Shown one piece after another: positions 35,977-48,999 of a DNA stretch of 64,000 bases (position 1 is the first letter of the stretch; each line of letters begins with the position of its first letter). The position numbers were made by a program, and so were the translations under genes. Location: assembly GCF_964194025.1 (NCBI RefSeq), contig NC_134480.1, positions 18,352,001 through 18,416,000 of the forward strand, written 5' to 3'. The notes under the pieces are model-generated. The model saw only the letters and a list, made by a program, of their open reading frames with translations. It did not search any database and was not told the origin of the DNA. The stretch is from Convolutriloba macropyga. Taxonomy: Eukaryota.

Positions 35977-38900
35977 GGATGCCTGAAGTGATTTCTAAAT
36001 GATTTTTTTTACGTGAGGCGCTTGGATTTCTGTTTTCAAGTGTTTCTTTTCAGTGCTTTTATTATTATTATTATTATGTATATTTGTTCTAAATACGCCA
36101 AACTCATCGGAGGGCAGCTAGGTCTTTTTATTACTTTGAAGCTATTTGTTGTCAAAAAAACATTAGGCTATATTTATTTTCTTACTTTTTATTTGTGTTG
36201 TCTCATCATTTAGTATAATTAATGACAGCTCTCATTGGTTCCTACTGAGGTATAAAGGAACCTATTTAATGGTTCGAGTTCTTGGCTATTTGTTTCCCTG
36301 ACTTAGACAGTTTTTGTTCTCAAAAACTCTCTATGAATTTTTGAGGTTTGCCAGTTAATCTCAATAGGGACAGGTCTCATGGCTTGCTGAAAGGGATCGT
36401 TTTTATTTTTTGTTTCAGTTAAGGTAATGCTTTCATTGAATTTGACACTAATGGCTTTCAGCAATTTGAACGAATTTTTGGGTTGCGCAAGTTTTATTGC
36501 TCACTGTGTTCTATGTCATTGTCTCTAATGACAGATCTCTATCTGTTGTTAAGGAAATTTAATTTAATCGATTTTAGCTGAATTTAATAGTTTTAGCTCA
36601 AAGCTATCGGCTATTGATTCCTATGAATTTCACTCTGTTCGTTTCGTGGAACTGTTCGTTAATAGCGATCTTATCACGTAGTCTTCGTTAATGACAGATC
36701 TCAGTGATTGCTAATATGAAGATTCGTGTAGTCAAATTATTGGGTTCAGTCCGTAGCTCTTGCTCTCTGTGACTTCTTTCTATTCGTTGTTCTTCTCGTT
36801 GTTTTAACTAACAGTTCTTATTGAACCTTTTTGAGGTAAAGTTGGAAGATTCGTCTAGTCAAATTATTGGGTTCAGTCCGTAGCTCTTGCTCTCTGCGAC
36901 TTCTACTGTACTCGTTCCCAAAATCATTAGCGGGTTCATCATTTAAACACTTTTTGTAAAAAAAAACATAACATGGTTTTTTAGTCTTGCATTCTTTCGT
37001 TGTTTTATCTCTTAGTCTCCAAACTAACAGTTATTATTGAACCTCTAGAGTGGTGTATTTCTGTCCAGTTTATTCGTTCCGACATTCTCAGGTAATGTTC
37101 AAGGATTTTGGTTTTTTATGAGGTATTCTTACTTTGACGCTACTATTCTGATTTGGCCATTTTTTTTTAGTTTTTGCTTTTTGCTTTTTTAAAATCATAT
37201 TTCGATTTCCTCTAGGTTTTCGTAATGTCTACTCAATCTAAGGATGCATAGAGTCGATTTTTTTGAAGTGTTATCTTCAGTAATTCTCAACAATTTTAAT
37301 CTCGGAAAAAGAAGCTTTCTCATTTTTAATTATTTTGTTCTTTCGCGCATATAAGATGGGTCAAGAGCTTTGCTGTAAAATTTTTAAAAATGTTTTTAGT
37401 AGCTGCAAAGTGTTAGCTGAGCCTATTATTGGACTCGTTTTCGGCCTTTTATCTCGTCAAGATTTTCATTACGACCGTATGGCGTCACGATCACTTCAAA
37501 TATACTTTGGTTTTCGTTCATGCAATATTAACTGAATTACGTGCTTGACGTTATTTTTTACTCTTAGTGGCAAGAGTTTTTCTTCAGTCGCGTGATATTT
37601 TGGTCACTTTTCACTTCCTCACTCACAAAAATGACTTCCTCTCTGAAATTGACTTTCTTTAACTTTAATTAAGAGATTAGGTAAAGTTAGTGTGTTTCAC
37701 TATAATTGAAGGATATTTGAGGGCAGCTATTAGAGGCAGCAATAACTTAATAGCAGCAATAGTAGGTTCTTTATCAAAATATAACATCTCAGCATTTAGA
37801 AATGTTTCCTTTGTGGTCTCTTTTTTTTACTATCTTTCGAGATCCGTATCTACGAATCAACTGCGGTAATCTGACAACTATATTCAATTTTTGGCGGCTC
37901 TAATTAAATAATACTTCGTAATTCTTCCTAGGGCGTTTTGTCAGATAGCAATATTTTAGATTTTGCTGTGGACATATTTCCTTTGTTGGTTCACGCTAAT
38001 AGCTTTCTAATCTTATTGAAGGATTATAGAACGAGGAAGCTTGTACCTTTATGTTCATCAAGTTAAGAATGCGTGACTTAAATGATTTGTCGTGGTCGAT
38101 AACACGGGTCAAAAGAATTCAATGGTTTGAATTTTAAATTAAAATTGGAACTGGACATATACAAAATTTAGCTAGTATTTATAGTACTTATCTATGGGAA
38201 AATATACAGAAAATGTAGATTAGCTAAAAATTACTAGATTGTCATGTGAGTTTCTAATCCCGGACGTGATCTGTTTTCATCAACATTTCATGAGAATCAT
38301 ATATGGTCTTGATACAAACGAGTTCATTAGTTGGAGGTCGGTGGATGTTGGAATCTGGTTTTTATGGGTGGGAGAATTTACTTCTGGCATCTGATTGATA
38401 GGCCAATAAGATAATGATAGCGCCAAAACAAAATTAGAATCGAGTTTAGTTTTTTTGGCCATTATTTATCGACACCACGGTAGAGTTAGTCAGGCACGTT
38501 CTTCTTTCGTTTTTTCATACTTTAATAGAGAAAACTTCTAAGTTTCTTGATGTTTCTTCGAAACCATCACATGATTTTTATTAAAATGTATAAAATTTGA
38601 AATAGTTTCCAGTTTCTGAGTTTTTATAGAAGTTTTTTTAATCAATTTCAGGCAGATTTGCAATTTTTCCTAATCGTGATTTAAGCTTGTGGAAATTGAT
38701 AAATTTTCCAGGTTCAGAACAGTGTCATGATTCCAACTGCCTCGTTTACAAAATTTTATATGACTTTTTTTTACTTTTCACGTTTTATACACTTTTTAAA
38801 ATAAATTTTCGTTAATTTGTTAAGGCTGGCAAATTTGATCTGAAACATAGGCAAGGGCACTCAAAGGTACAGTCGCATGACTTTACCGGCCTGTTAGCCG

Positions 38901-39440
38901 GTAAATAGAATGAAAAATAATGTCACATTTGTATCCAATTTACAAGAAATTCTTCAAGAACCAGCAAAATTTTACCTATTTTCTGATCACTAATCTAATT
39001 TCATATATATTCAATAGCAAACCACCTTTGAAGTTGAAATACTTTTTGATTTATCGGAAGAGACCTTTCTATTTTACTTCGTGCTATTGTAATTCTTTCT
39101 GGAATTTAATCCATCAATTTTCCAGTAATTTAGAATTTGATATATAGATTGGGGGTGCTTTTTTCAAGTATTTTGAAAATAGGGAAAAATAGTTTTCATT
39201 TTGCTGCCTATAAAATTTTGCCAATTTGTGTTGGAAACCTTGAAGATAGCCAGGACAAGATAATGTCAACTGGTTAGCTATAGATGGTGTTTCGTTTTAA
39301 GCATTTAAAGTATGTTTTCCCCTATCTCGTCTGGCCCCAAACCTAAGCTCTCATATTTTCAATCTCAAGGAACTTTTGAGGCTGAAGAACGTTTTTGGTT
39401 TTCCTGTGCACTTTTACCTGTTTTTGGAACTTGTCGTGAG

Positions 39441-39465
39441 CTTTTTGCCTGTTCCGCCAACTGAG
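39441..39465 (+). promoter_or_regulatory. Candidate 5'-TOP/TCT-type start and non-coding first exon of RPS25
   Basis: CTTTTTGCCTGTTCC.. pyrimidine tract ending GAG|GTCTGT, then a 79-nt intron to TTTTTCTTCAG 39544; ribosomal protein mRNAs typically begin with C plus pyrimidines. Confidence 0.45.
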
Positions 39466-39558
39466 GTCTGTCTGATCTGTACGTCTATACACTTAATATA
39501 TACCACTATAAGGTGTAAATATTGTGTCCTATATTTTTCTTCAGATATTTTTTGAGTG

Positions 39559-39729
39559 ATGCCTCCCAAGAAGCAGCCTGCGAAGAGTGACCCTAAGAAG
39601 TCTCAGAAGCCGACCTCAAGTGGAGGAGGAAAGGCCAAGAAGAAGAAGTGGTCCAAGGGAAAGTCGAGGGATAAGCTCAACAACAGTGTCTATTTTGACG
39701 AGGAGACTTACGCCAAGTTCAAGAAAGAG
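39559..39729 (+). CDS. RPS25: 40S ribosomal protein S25 (eS25), coding exon 1
   Basis: [41 protein letters not shown]; donor GAG|GTCAAT 39730. Confidence 0.96.
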
Positions 39730-40618
39730 GTCAATTCTCTTTGACTAATTGTGAAAATATGATCAGGATCTATTCTGTCCCCCTTCCTCCTTGTGACGTT
39801 TATAACCCCACTAGGTTGAAATTTTATGTATCGTTACAGTATGTGAGCGGTGGGCGCGAAAAATGTATAACCATTGAAAATGGAAGAATCAATCAAATGT
39901 TCTGCATTGAAAGTGCTTGGAGAAATGTTACCAATGGCTACGCGGTAATTTTTATTTTCCGGGAAACTTACGCCTAAATGGTGAGTGATATCGAGAGATA
40001 TAAGAATCGCTTTCAGGCATTTGAGTTTCCTGGCTGGACTTTAATAGTCATGAGGCGTGAGATTATGTTAACATAAAGAATTTGTCGTTTCTTAAATCTG
40101 ATAGTCAGCATTTAATTGTGAGAGGGGACATTTCTGGAATGTATTCTCTTATTCAGTGTTTTTTGATACCCAATTAGTCTGTTATGCTTGCTCTGCCTTT
40201 TACAATAAAATTTACGCGCTCTTCGTTTAATAACTATTTTTTTGAGAAATATTCAGAAACTGATTTGTGCCATTAGACGTTTTTGAGTACTCAATTTGTC
40301 TGAAAAAGCGCTCTAACTCTTCAGGCATAATTTTAAAATAATACAATAGGCCATGCCGGTTTTTGGTTTTCTACACGTGCAGATACTACTTGTGTTTTAG
40401 TTCAACGTGTCTTACAAACTCATTTTCAAAAGACTTGTGCTGTTTGTTCTGTTTTGAATATTTGAGGTTCAATTGAAGGTGGTCAATCTAAGAGTTTGGC
40501 GAACTTTGACCAAAGCTATACAATTCTCAAGCTTGAATTGTTTTTTGTTCTGTCTTAATGACTTAAACATGTTTCGAGATCGTAAATTTCAACGAAGATC
40601 AATGCATTGAATATTTTT

Positions 40619-42735
40619 ATAGCTGCGAAGCTGAGCGGAGCTATATTGCGGTGCTCTTGGTTTTCTTACGACTGGAAGTATTGGTTTTCTTAAGTTTTTT
40701 TCCGGAAGTACTATTTGTTCAGGCGGCGTTTTGACCTAATAGTGAAAGTGAGAAAAATTGCCGTGTCAACTAACTTTTTCTGAGAGAAATTTTTTGTTCA
40801 TGCGATGCGTTCAGCGAAGGACTTTTTGACTTTGAATGAAGTTTTCGAGAGATTGGCGCAAATTTTTTACTGTAACTTGGTTTGTTGTAGATTTAAATTT
40901 TGATCGAATCTTCAACCATCTGAAATCGATACAACAATGTTTCTGAAAGCTTTATAATGCGTTTCAAGTGCAAAAGTTGGCCAATATTTCTCATTTTTTT
41001 AGTCAATTGTTGTCTTTTCATTAATTTCTTCATTTTTGGCTCTTTGAGCGGCGTCTTGTTGATAATTCCTGAATTGGATGCCTCTTTTTGACGTAAGTTG
41101 TTTTTGTTTCATAAAATTGTACACAATAATACGATTTTGACGGTTTTTGTCAAAATTTTCTAAGTTTTTTGTTTGTATTTTAAGTTTATTTACCATAAAA
41201 AGTCTTTTGGTGCTTCATCGGTGTTTTGGTTTCGTTTTGTTGTTATTTGATTTGTTTTTGGCAATAACTCTTTGAAATTCAGTGAAATTTTTTCTTCCAT
41301 ATTTTCAAATTGTTTTTTGCTGTTTCGCAATTGCTGTTTTACCTTCTTTCTGAGTCTGAGACAGGAAGGTGGCTATGTAATGTTCTTAAAACTCGCTTGC
41401 TTAATAAGAAAAATCCCTGTTTATAACCTCACTTTTTCATTTTGATTTTTAATCGAGTTTCCTATTTAGTTTTGATTTTTCAGAAATTGTCGATAAGTTT
41501 TTATCTTTTTCACAATTTATATATTCTCCACATTCTAGCATATTTCTTTCTAACATTCTCCTAAGACCTATAGATTTATTGGCCCTGCTTTTATTAAATT
41601 GAAAGTTATCGATTTGAACTTATAGTTTTTGTCTTTTTCATTTGAATTTCTTTAAGATTTTTTTGCTTTTTATTTAACATAATACGGCACTGAGTTTTTG
41701 CTAGCTTCATTTTTTACAAATTTTGAACAATACTCTTTTTGCGAATGCTCTTAGAGCTTTGTTTGGGCAACATATGAATTTATGCGTTTGAATATTGTTC
41801 TCTTTAGTTTTTTTTTCATGATTAATTTCGATTTGATTAGTTTTTGTCATTGTCTAGTTTCATCGCTTTCATTGTGATTTAAAGAGACAAGTAACGTTTA
41901 TAGTTAAACCGACGAAGTTTTTTCAGCTATGACTGATTACTGTTTTTATTTTGTAAAATAGTGTTTCGATTGAGAACACTTACGGAAATTGATAAATCGT
42001 GTAACAATTTTTTGGCCATTTTTTGATTTTTTGCAGTATTCAGTTTTTTTCTTCAAAAATAAATTTTTGGGTGCTTTACATGACCTGGCTTTTGCTGCTC
42101 TTGTACTTTGATATTTTCGATTGCGTACAAAAATTTGGCTTCTTTTATGTATATAGGAGTAATGTAATTTTTTTAGTTCAGTTGGTTTTGTTGGCTGTCT
42201 TCATTTTTTGATTGATTTTTTTTTGTTTTAGTGGTAGGAACGAGTTGATTTAATAGGTAATTTTTTCACGATGACGACTCTTCGAGTCGTTTCCGGAATT
42301 CTTCCGGCTGTTTTTTGTTTTGTCGTCTGACGCTCTTTTTTGTTTCACATCTGTTCACACAAAGCTGAAAATGTCAAATTCTCTGAATGACTTCTTCCTC
42401 TCACTCACGGCATTTGCGCGCGTTACTGTATTTCTCACTCTCTCTCACAAGTGTCTTACCTCACGCAATAAAATTACTTTTGCACTTCAAAATTTAAGAT
42501 TACTTTGAATTAGTTTAAGGTCAAAGGAACTCATATGTGCAGTAAAGGTCCCTAATAAAAGCTTTCTGCGGAATGATTTTATCAAGTTTTATTAATTTAT
42601 CGCTGATTGTTTCGTACATAGCTTTTTGAGTGGCGTCGATTTTTTTCAATTTAGATCTGTATCTGTTTCTATCTCTATTATACGGCACACAAGTCTCTTC
42701 TTTTGCAGCTATTCCGGCAATCTGCCGGCTAAGTT
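40619..42735 (+). mobile_element. HINE-like element family 2 in the RPS25 intron, containing a nested family 3 copy
   Basis: 5' ATAGCTGCGAA..AGCTAT hairpin; 3' TTGCAGCTAT plus CCGGCAA-T-CTGCCGG hairpin and T-run. Confidence 0.7.
40666..42312 (+). mobile_element. HINE-like element family 3, ~1.65 kb, nested
   Basis: 5' TTACGACTGGAAG; 3' CTTCGAGTCGT plus CCGGAA-TTC-TTCCGG hairpin; flanks rejoin to match the uninterrupted sequence at 46002-46052. Confidence 0.65.
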
Positions 42736-43257
42736 TTTTTTTTATGTCGCGTAGGTTAGGTTTGGTGATTTAAATACGATTTTTTTTATCGAGAACTGAT
42801 AAAAAGGTTGACCCGTGAATTAAACTTTTCAGTTTATTATTCTCCCAGCTAAATGAGTCAAGAATGTATAGTCACCCAATTACAGTAAAATTACTTAATT
42901 GGTCGCTATTTTTGTGGTGGTTTATAATCAGGAATTAACCAAAAGAATGATTTTGTAGTGGCTGGCAAGCTGCGTATGATCTTAACAGGATCTGCTGTTC
43001 TCAGCAATTCACGTGGCTGCATTTTTATTCTATTTTTTCAATAGTTTTATGCAAACTATGGAGTGAATGAGGTGACTGATCGCGCTGCGTGAACGCGCTT
43101 CTCACTCCATCTGTTTGGTGGTTATATCGTGGGCGTGGTCTTTCTTAGTTTTGACACTTATTAATGTCCATTTTTCATATTTCTAAAAGTGTATTGGTTT
43201 GTCTCGATTTGATCTGACAAAAATTCGGGTTCAATGAGAGCTCTGCAGCAAGTGATT

Positions 43258-43636
43258 AATTGCTATCAAACGAAGTCTGTAGCAATTATATTAGTACTGC
43301 TGGTATTTTTTGTATGCGATTTTTCGCTTGACCGATTTTTTGTCTGACCCAATGGACCCTCAAAAACGGGATAAATAGGCAGCGCCCAGCGGGCATTAAG
43401 TTCTGCAGAGCCTTTCAGCTCACATGTCTCAAAGTATGCGATTCACGGACATTGTTTTGGAGACTTAGACGTATGGTGTGAAGGGCAGTTCTTAGGTTGA
43501 CCCCCCCCCCCCCCGATGCACCCCAGCGCTGTGCTCATCTCACGCCACTTCAACTAAACTAAAGCTATCTACTGACGAAGCCAACCGCTCGCCGGTTGTT
43601 TGAGAGCAATTCACTCCGACGTTAGTCGGTTATGTT
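43258..43636 (+). mobile_element. HINE-like element family 1a, intact ~380 bp
   Basis: 5' AATTGCTATCAAACGAAGTCTGTAGCAATT; C-tract; 3' TTGTTTGAGAGCAATT..CCGAC-GTTA-GTCGG-TTATGTTTT. Confidence 0.8.
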
Positions 43637-44408
43637 TTATTTTGTAAACTCACATATACTTTTTGTCCGAATTGATTTATCGACAAATTTTTCTGTTCTA
43701 CACGACGCAAGAATGACGCTAATAAAATATTTACTTGGATATCAGTGGTTTTTGGGATTTGTTTTCTGGTGCATTCTTTTAAAGTGGATGAAGTCACATT
43801 TCATTGGTAATTTATTATTCGTGTCAATTAAATCCTCCTTTTTGCCATCCCACTTCAAATCTGAATAATTTTTTCAGATTAATTGAAAAATGTTAGCTCT
43901 CAGTGAAATTGAATCAAGGTTATTCGAGCGGTATAAGTATAGAGTTGTTATACTTAAAAGTGTTTGCAATTTGATTTGAAAATAAAGATAATTAAAGTCG
44001 CATCTTTTATTAGGAATCGCAGTTTTGTCTTCGTTATTAGTGATTGCTTTTACCTAGGGGCCCTCAACAGTATTTCGCGGCTATTGTCCGACAATGTTCC
44101 GGCTGTGTTAAATCATACACTTCCTCATTTCCAAATTGATCTTTGCTTTTTTTTTAGTTTGCGGAGTCAGTGCCAAGCGAGGCTAGAAACTAATTGAAGC
44201 GTAACAAAAACACTATAAATTTAATTTCTTAGGTAAACTGTTTTCATTGTAGTTGAGACGTTGCATCAGTTACCCAGAAACGTGTTCGTGCTTAATTTTC
44301 TCAAGTTTTTTCAGTGTCTCGGTGTTGTAGGTCTACAAATCAGTTGCCGCTATTTTCTAACAATCTACCAACTATGATAATTCGATAATTTTTGCTTGAT
44401 CGTGTTTA

Positions 44409-44935
44409 AATGCGCTCAAACGAACTTTGTAGCAATTATAGTCCTGTCGGTCTTTTTATGCAATTTTTCGCTTGACTCATTTTTTGTCTGACCCATTCGA
44501 CTTTTCGTCCTCAAAAACAGGATAAACAGGTAGAGCCCAGTGTGCATTATGTGCTCTTAGAGCCTTTCAGCTCACTAGTATCCAAGTATGCGATTCATAG
44601 GAACTGTTTTGGAGACTTATAAGTATGGTGTGAAGGGCGGTTCTTAGAGGTTGACCCCCCCCCCCCCCACCTCCCCGCATCAGCCCTCCTTCTCACTTCA
44701 CCCGCCCCACAATCCCTACCCCTGCACATCGTTCAGGCCGTTAGGGTCCCGTGCAGCCAACACCCCTTACCCCCTTAGGAAGTTTTACCCCCCTCCCCCA
44801 CTAGTTTAATCCCCGTGCCCAATTTTTTGCATCTTACGGGGCAATGTTAATCTCCGTAAGCTAAAGCTATCTACAAATAAAGCAAACCACACTCTAGTCG
44901 TTAAAGCAATTCGTTCGACCCTATTTAGTAATGTT
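44409..44935 (+). mobile_element. HINE-like element family 1a, older copy
   Basis: Colinear with 43258-43636 (AGAGCCTTTCAGCTCAC, GTATGGTGTGAAGGGC, C-tract); degenerate ends. Confidence 0.7.
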
Positions 44936-45501
44936 TTCAGCCGTCCCATAATTGGCAGTCAGCCAATATGACAATTGTTTTAAAAAATAATCCATTAACA
45001 ATTACCAATGTCTTTAGAAAGTTTGAAAGAGTATTGTCCCCTTGCAGCTTGCTTGGGGCTATTACTTGCTCTCAAATGAAGTTTTTAATAATTACTACAG
45101 TTCGTTTGGTCGTTTTATCCAACCTTTTATTCACTGATTTGACTTCTTTACCAGTGACTTTCTTTCTTCGCACTGTTTGTTGACTGTTGGGGAATTAAAG
45201 TCACCTTAATTCAAAATATTATACAGATGATCTCAACTGCGTGCTACGTGTGGACAATTTACAACTGCTAGAAATCAAGTCAAAATTTCATCACTACTTA
45301 AATCAACTAAATGAATAGCAATGATCTCTAGCTTTCAGCGTCTTAGCGCCCTGTGGGAATGCACACTGGTAGGCAACTGTCTTGAAGACCTGTTGCTTAA
45401 TGAGATTACGCTAGAATCTTTAATCAGGGCCAGTAGAATCTTTATTTGAGAGCAAGATTTTGTACCCACAAAGAGGCAATGTAATCGGAGATTTTTTTCA
45501 G

Positions 45502-45693
45502 GTGCCTAATTACCGTCTCATCACTCCCTCTGTTGTGTCTGAACGAATGAAGGTGCGAGTACCACTTGCCAAGAGGGCTCTCAGGGAACTGGAGAGACAT
45601 GGCCAGATCAGACTGGTGTTCAAACACGGAGCTCAAATTGTCTATACAAGAAATACCAAAGCTGCTGCCACTACAGGTGCTGTGGAGGCTTAA
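45502..45693 (+). CDS. RPS25: 40S ribosomal protein S25, coding exon 2 (spliced protein 120 aa)
   Basis: Acceptor TTTTTTTCAG 45501; [41 protein letters not shown]; TAA. Confidence 0.96.
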   Translation: MPNYRLITPSVVSERMKVRVPLAKRALRELERHGQIRLVFKHGAQIVYTRNTKAAATTGAVEA

Positions 45694-45989
45694 CTTGACG
45701 TCACGCGATGGGAAGAATTTTCCGGTGACGTGGCTGACAGTTGATGATAGTTGACTGATTGGGGACGATGCAAGCATAAATATTTGTAAAGTTTGATGTC
45801 CCCGTTTATTAACTTCTCAATTTAAGCTTCATCGGAACCTTTTTTAATGCAAGAGAGAACGATAGACTTGAAGAACAAGCCCTAAAGTTATCATATTTTT
45901 TCGTAACTTAATAGAATCCTGGATTCCTCGATTTTTGTGTTCATAGGTCTGACCTATAATCAAACCGAATTGTAAGAGTAGTAAAAGTG

Positions 45990-48212
45990 TATAAGCGAGC
46001 GATGCTATATTGCGTTGCTCTTGGTTTTTCTTTTCATCGTCTGACGCTTTTTCGTTTGAAATTTCTGCACGCCTCAAAGCTCAAGAGAGCGGTTTCTGAT
46101 CACGTTTTTATGCCACTTTCGCGGTTTTTATGTGCACGACGTCATTTAGCGGTAGATTTTCATTAGCGGTTTTCTCGCTCATTAGCGGTAGGTTTTCAGT
46201 GAATTGTGTGATTAGTTTTATCATTACATCAAATTATTTACTTTAGACTTTTTACATTCTTAATAACGTTTTAAGGCCGCTTGAGGTTACTCTGAACCAT
46301 TTCAAGGTAATTAAATGATAACCGCTTAATGAAGATTGGTGACTGAAAACCTTCGGGATTGAATTGAATAAGGAATTCGAGGTTTTCGCCAAAATAAAAA
46401 AAATTATGTTTTAAAATTGTTTTAAAAAATTATGTAAAATTTGTTTTACAATTCTATCAGTTTGATTCAAACATGCGGCTATGAACATTATTTGGCGAGT
46501 AAATCCATTTCACAGCTTGTTCATTATTCTACTGGATATGTTTATTTTAAGTCTGTTAGCTCGATTTGATAGCACCTTGATTGACATTTCAACAAATTCA
46601 TTGACAGCTTCGAAATTGATGAAATTCATTGACCGCTTCGAGTTTAAGCCTCTTCGTCGAGATTATGCAAATATGTCAAATTTCTACAAAAATAATATTG
46701 CCGGGCTTCCTTTTTCAGAATCAAACGGCGGAGCTTGTTTTCATATCCTTAAGGATTTATTAAAACTTCAGATTTTGCTACGAACAGCCAAGCAAGTTTT
46801 TTTGCATATTTGCAAAAGGCTAAATTGATTTGCTGCGATTTAGAAGCATTGAAAGCTTGCTATACTCAAAGATCTTTGCCGATACGTTTTTGATTTTTTT
46901 GAGGATCTTTTGATTATTTACAATAGTTTTTTGTGGAACAATAGTGTTCTGAAATTATTTGGTTGGAAACATAAATGGTCTTCCGCTATCACTTAACTTA
47001 CTCTATATTGATAATATAAACTCTTGTTGAATTTAAATAGATGTCACCTGAAACATGATGATTAGAAAGTTATGTTGCTTGAATGACATTCGTGTAGAGA
47101 ATTTGACATGACCATAAATAACTATATAATTTGAAATCAGAAGCATTTTTGATATGCAGATTTTTTGCTTGTCTTTTTGAACTAGTGATCTCAACGGTCT
47201 ATTTTCGTGGCTATTCTCTGGCCCTTTATAATTTTTGATGGTTTGATGCAGATCGGATAAAAAGGTTTTTTTCAGTTGAAGTGTTTGAACCAGGGGCCTA
47301 ATTTTTACGTAAATTTTTATCAGACTACTACTTCAATTTTTATTCGGTTTTTGTCAATAGTATTGGAGTAGGAATTGGTTGTCTTTTCTGACGAATGGTA
47401 ATTTTTGAGATTTAAAAAGGTTGTGACAAACTGTTGGATTTATCTCTGTCAAATTTGCTTGGTTGTTATGTCCTCATTAAAAATAGTCCAGTTTTTCACT
47501 TTTTTGAATCCGTTTGCATTATTCCGAATTGGAGTTGTGTTGTTTTTTTTTAAAAAAAAATTTGGTTATACATGAAGTCACGCGAACCGGATTTTTTAGT
47601 TGTGATTTTTTTTAAAGTAGGGAGAAAACTGTGTTTGAAAAAATGTGCAATTTTCATTCTAATTACGTGTGTCTTGATCTCGTTTTTTAAATAGTTTTCT
47701 GAGTCCGTCCCTTGTCTTTTTGAGGTCCATAGTTTGATTTTTGAATGAAAATTATTTGAAATGTAAGTAAGGACTTGTTCTGCTATATTTCGTCGTCTAC
47801 TGTAGTGGCGTCACGTTCACCGTCGACTCTTTTTTTCATTTATTCAATTTGTTGACTGAATGCTTGCGTGACGTTATTTTCAATTTTTATTGGAGCATGT
47901 TTTTATTTGCGTCGGTAATTTTTGGTCACCATTGCGACTTACCCTTCTCTCAATTGAATTTTTATTTACTTTACCGCGATTATATAAATTCAAGTAGGGA
48001 TATCTCACTCTAAATGGAGGTTAATCGATGGAAGTTGTGCGATACACAAGTCTAAATTAGTCGAATATATCGCAACGATTAGTAGGAAAACGGTTTTTTC
48101 ATTTTTAAGGATGTTCTCAATTTTTCCGTTGTACTTGGAAGTTACAGGTCTGCGAAGCTACTGATCTTTTATGCTATTGCAGCTATTTTCTGGCAATCTA
48201 CCAATTATGTTT
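45990..48212 (+). mobile_element. Probable old HINE-like family 2 element
   Basis: GCTATATTGCGTTGCTCTTGGTTTT at ~46004 matches the family 2 5' end; TTGCAGCTATTTTCTGGCAATCTACCAATTATGTTTT at 48177 matches its 3' end; pairing of the two ends is inferred. Confidence 0.4.
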
Positions 48213-48999
48213 TAATATATTAGTGCATCTACATTTAATCACCATACTTGTGTGTTATTGGTGTGCACGTCAATGAAGACTTTGATTGATTGCTTGGGAA
48301 CTTATCTAATGTGGTAATAGATAAGTAATTCAATAAGGTCAGTAAATCAATTGAATTTTAAACTGGTGTATAATTCAAATTTGTGTCTTGTATCGAATAA
48401 TTCTAAATCGTGGTAATTACTATTTGTCCTGAAAACTTGGTTTTGTCTGTGGCGCGAGGTAGTGGAAATAGTTTATTTCTGTAGCTCCTTGAGCTGTAGA
48501 AATTAAGTTTGTTTTTTGTACAGTCCCAGGAGATGTTTTTAGGAAAATTTCGGCAATTAGTTGTTTCGCACAAGTGAATGGCCCTAGACATGTTGTACTT
48601 GTTTTGCTAATCCGACTGAAAACTGTTTTCTCGGATGGCCATGAGGCAAGTGCGCATGAGGGTAACTTTTGTTCAACCGTTTTAATCCACTGCATTTTGT
48701 TGCAAATACTAGCGTTTGCTATTCAAAGTTCTTCAAAAACACATAACACCAATCTATGGGGTCATTGTCATACTCGTTTGAAAAAGGCGTATTTTTGTTC
48801 AGACCTTCCAGATTTTTTTTAGTGGTTAGGAGCTTTTCGCCAGCCTTACTTATTTTGTTCAGCCAGTTTTGGCTGATCGATATTTTTTGAGTACAAATAC
48901 AAAAGTGGCATCATTCGAAGGACCTTTAAAATCTGATTCAATTATTTAAGTGATAATTTCACTCTGTTCGTGGTTTAAAGTTATCAAAATTGTCAGTTT

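Noticed and set aside
45742-45762. TGATGA..CTGA as a C/D box snoRNA
   Set aside because: Boxes are only a few bases apart and lie in the 3' UTR; no snoRNA could be supported in the RPS25 intron by eye either.
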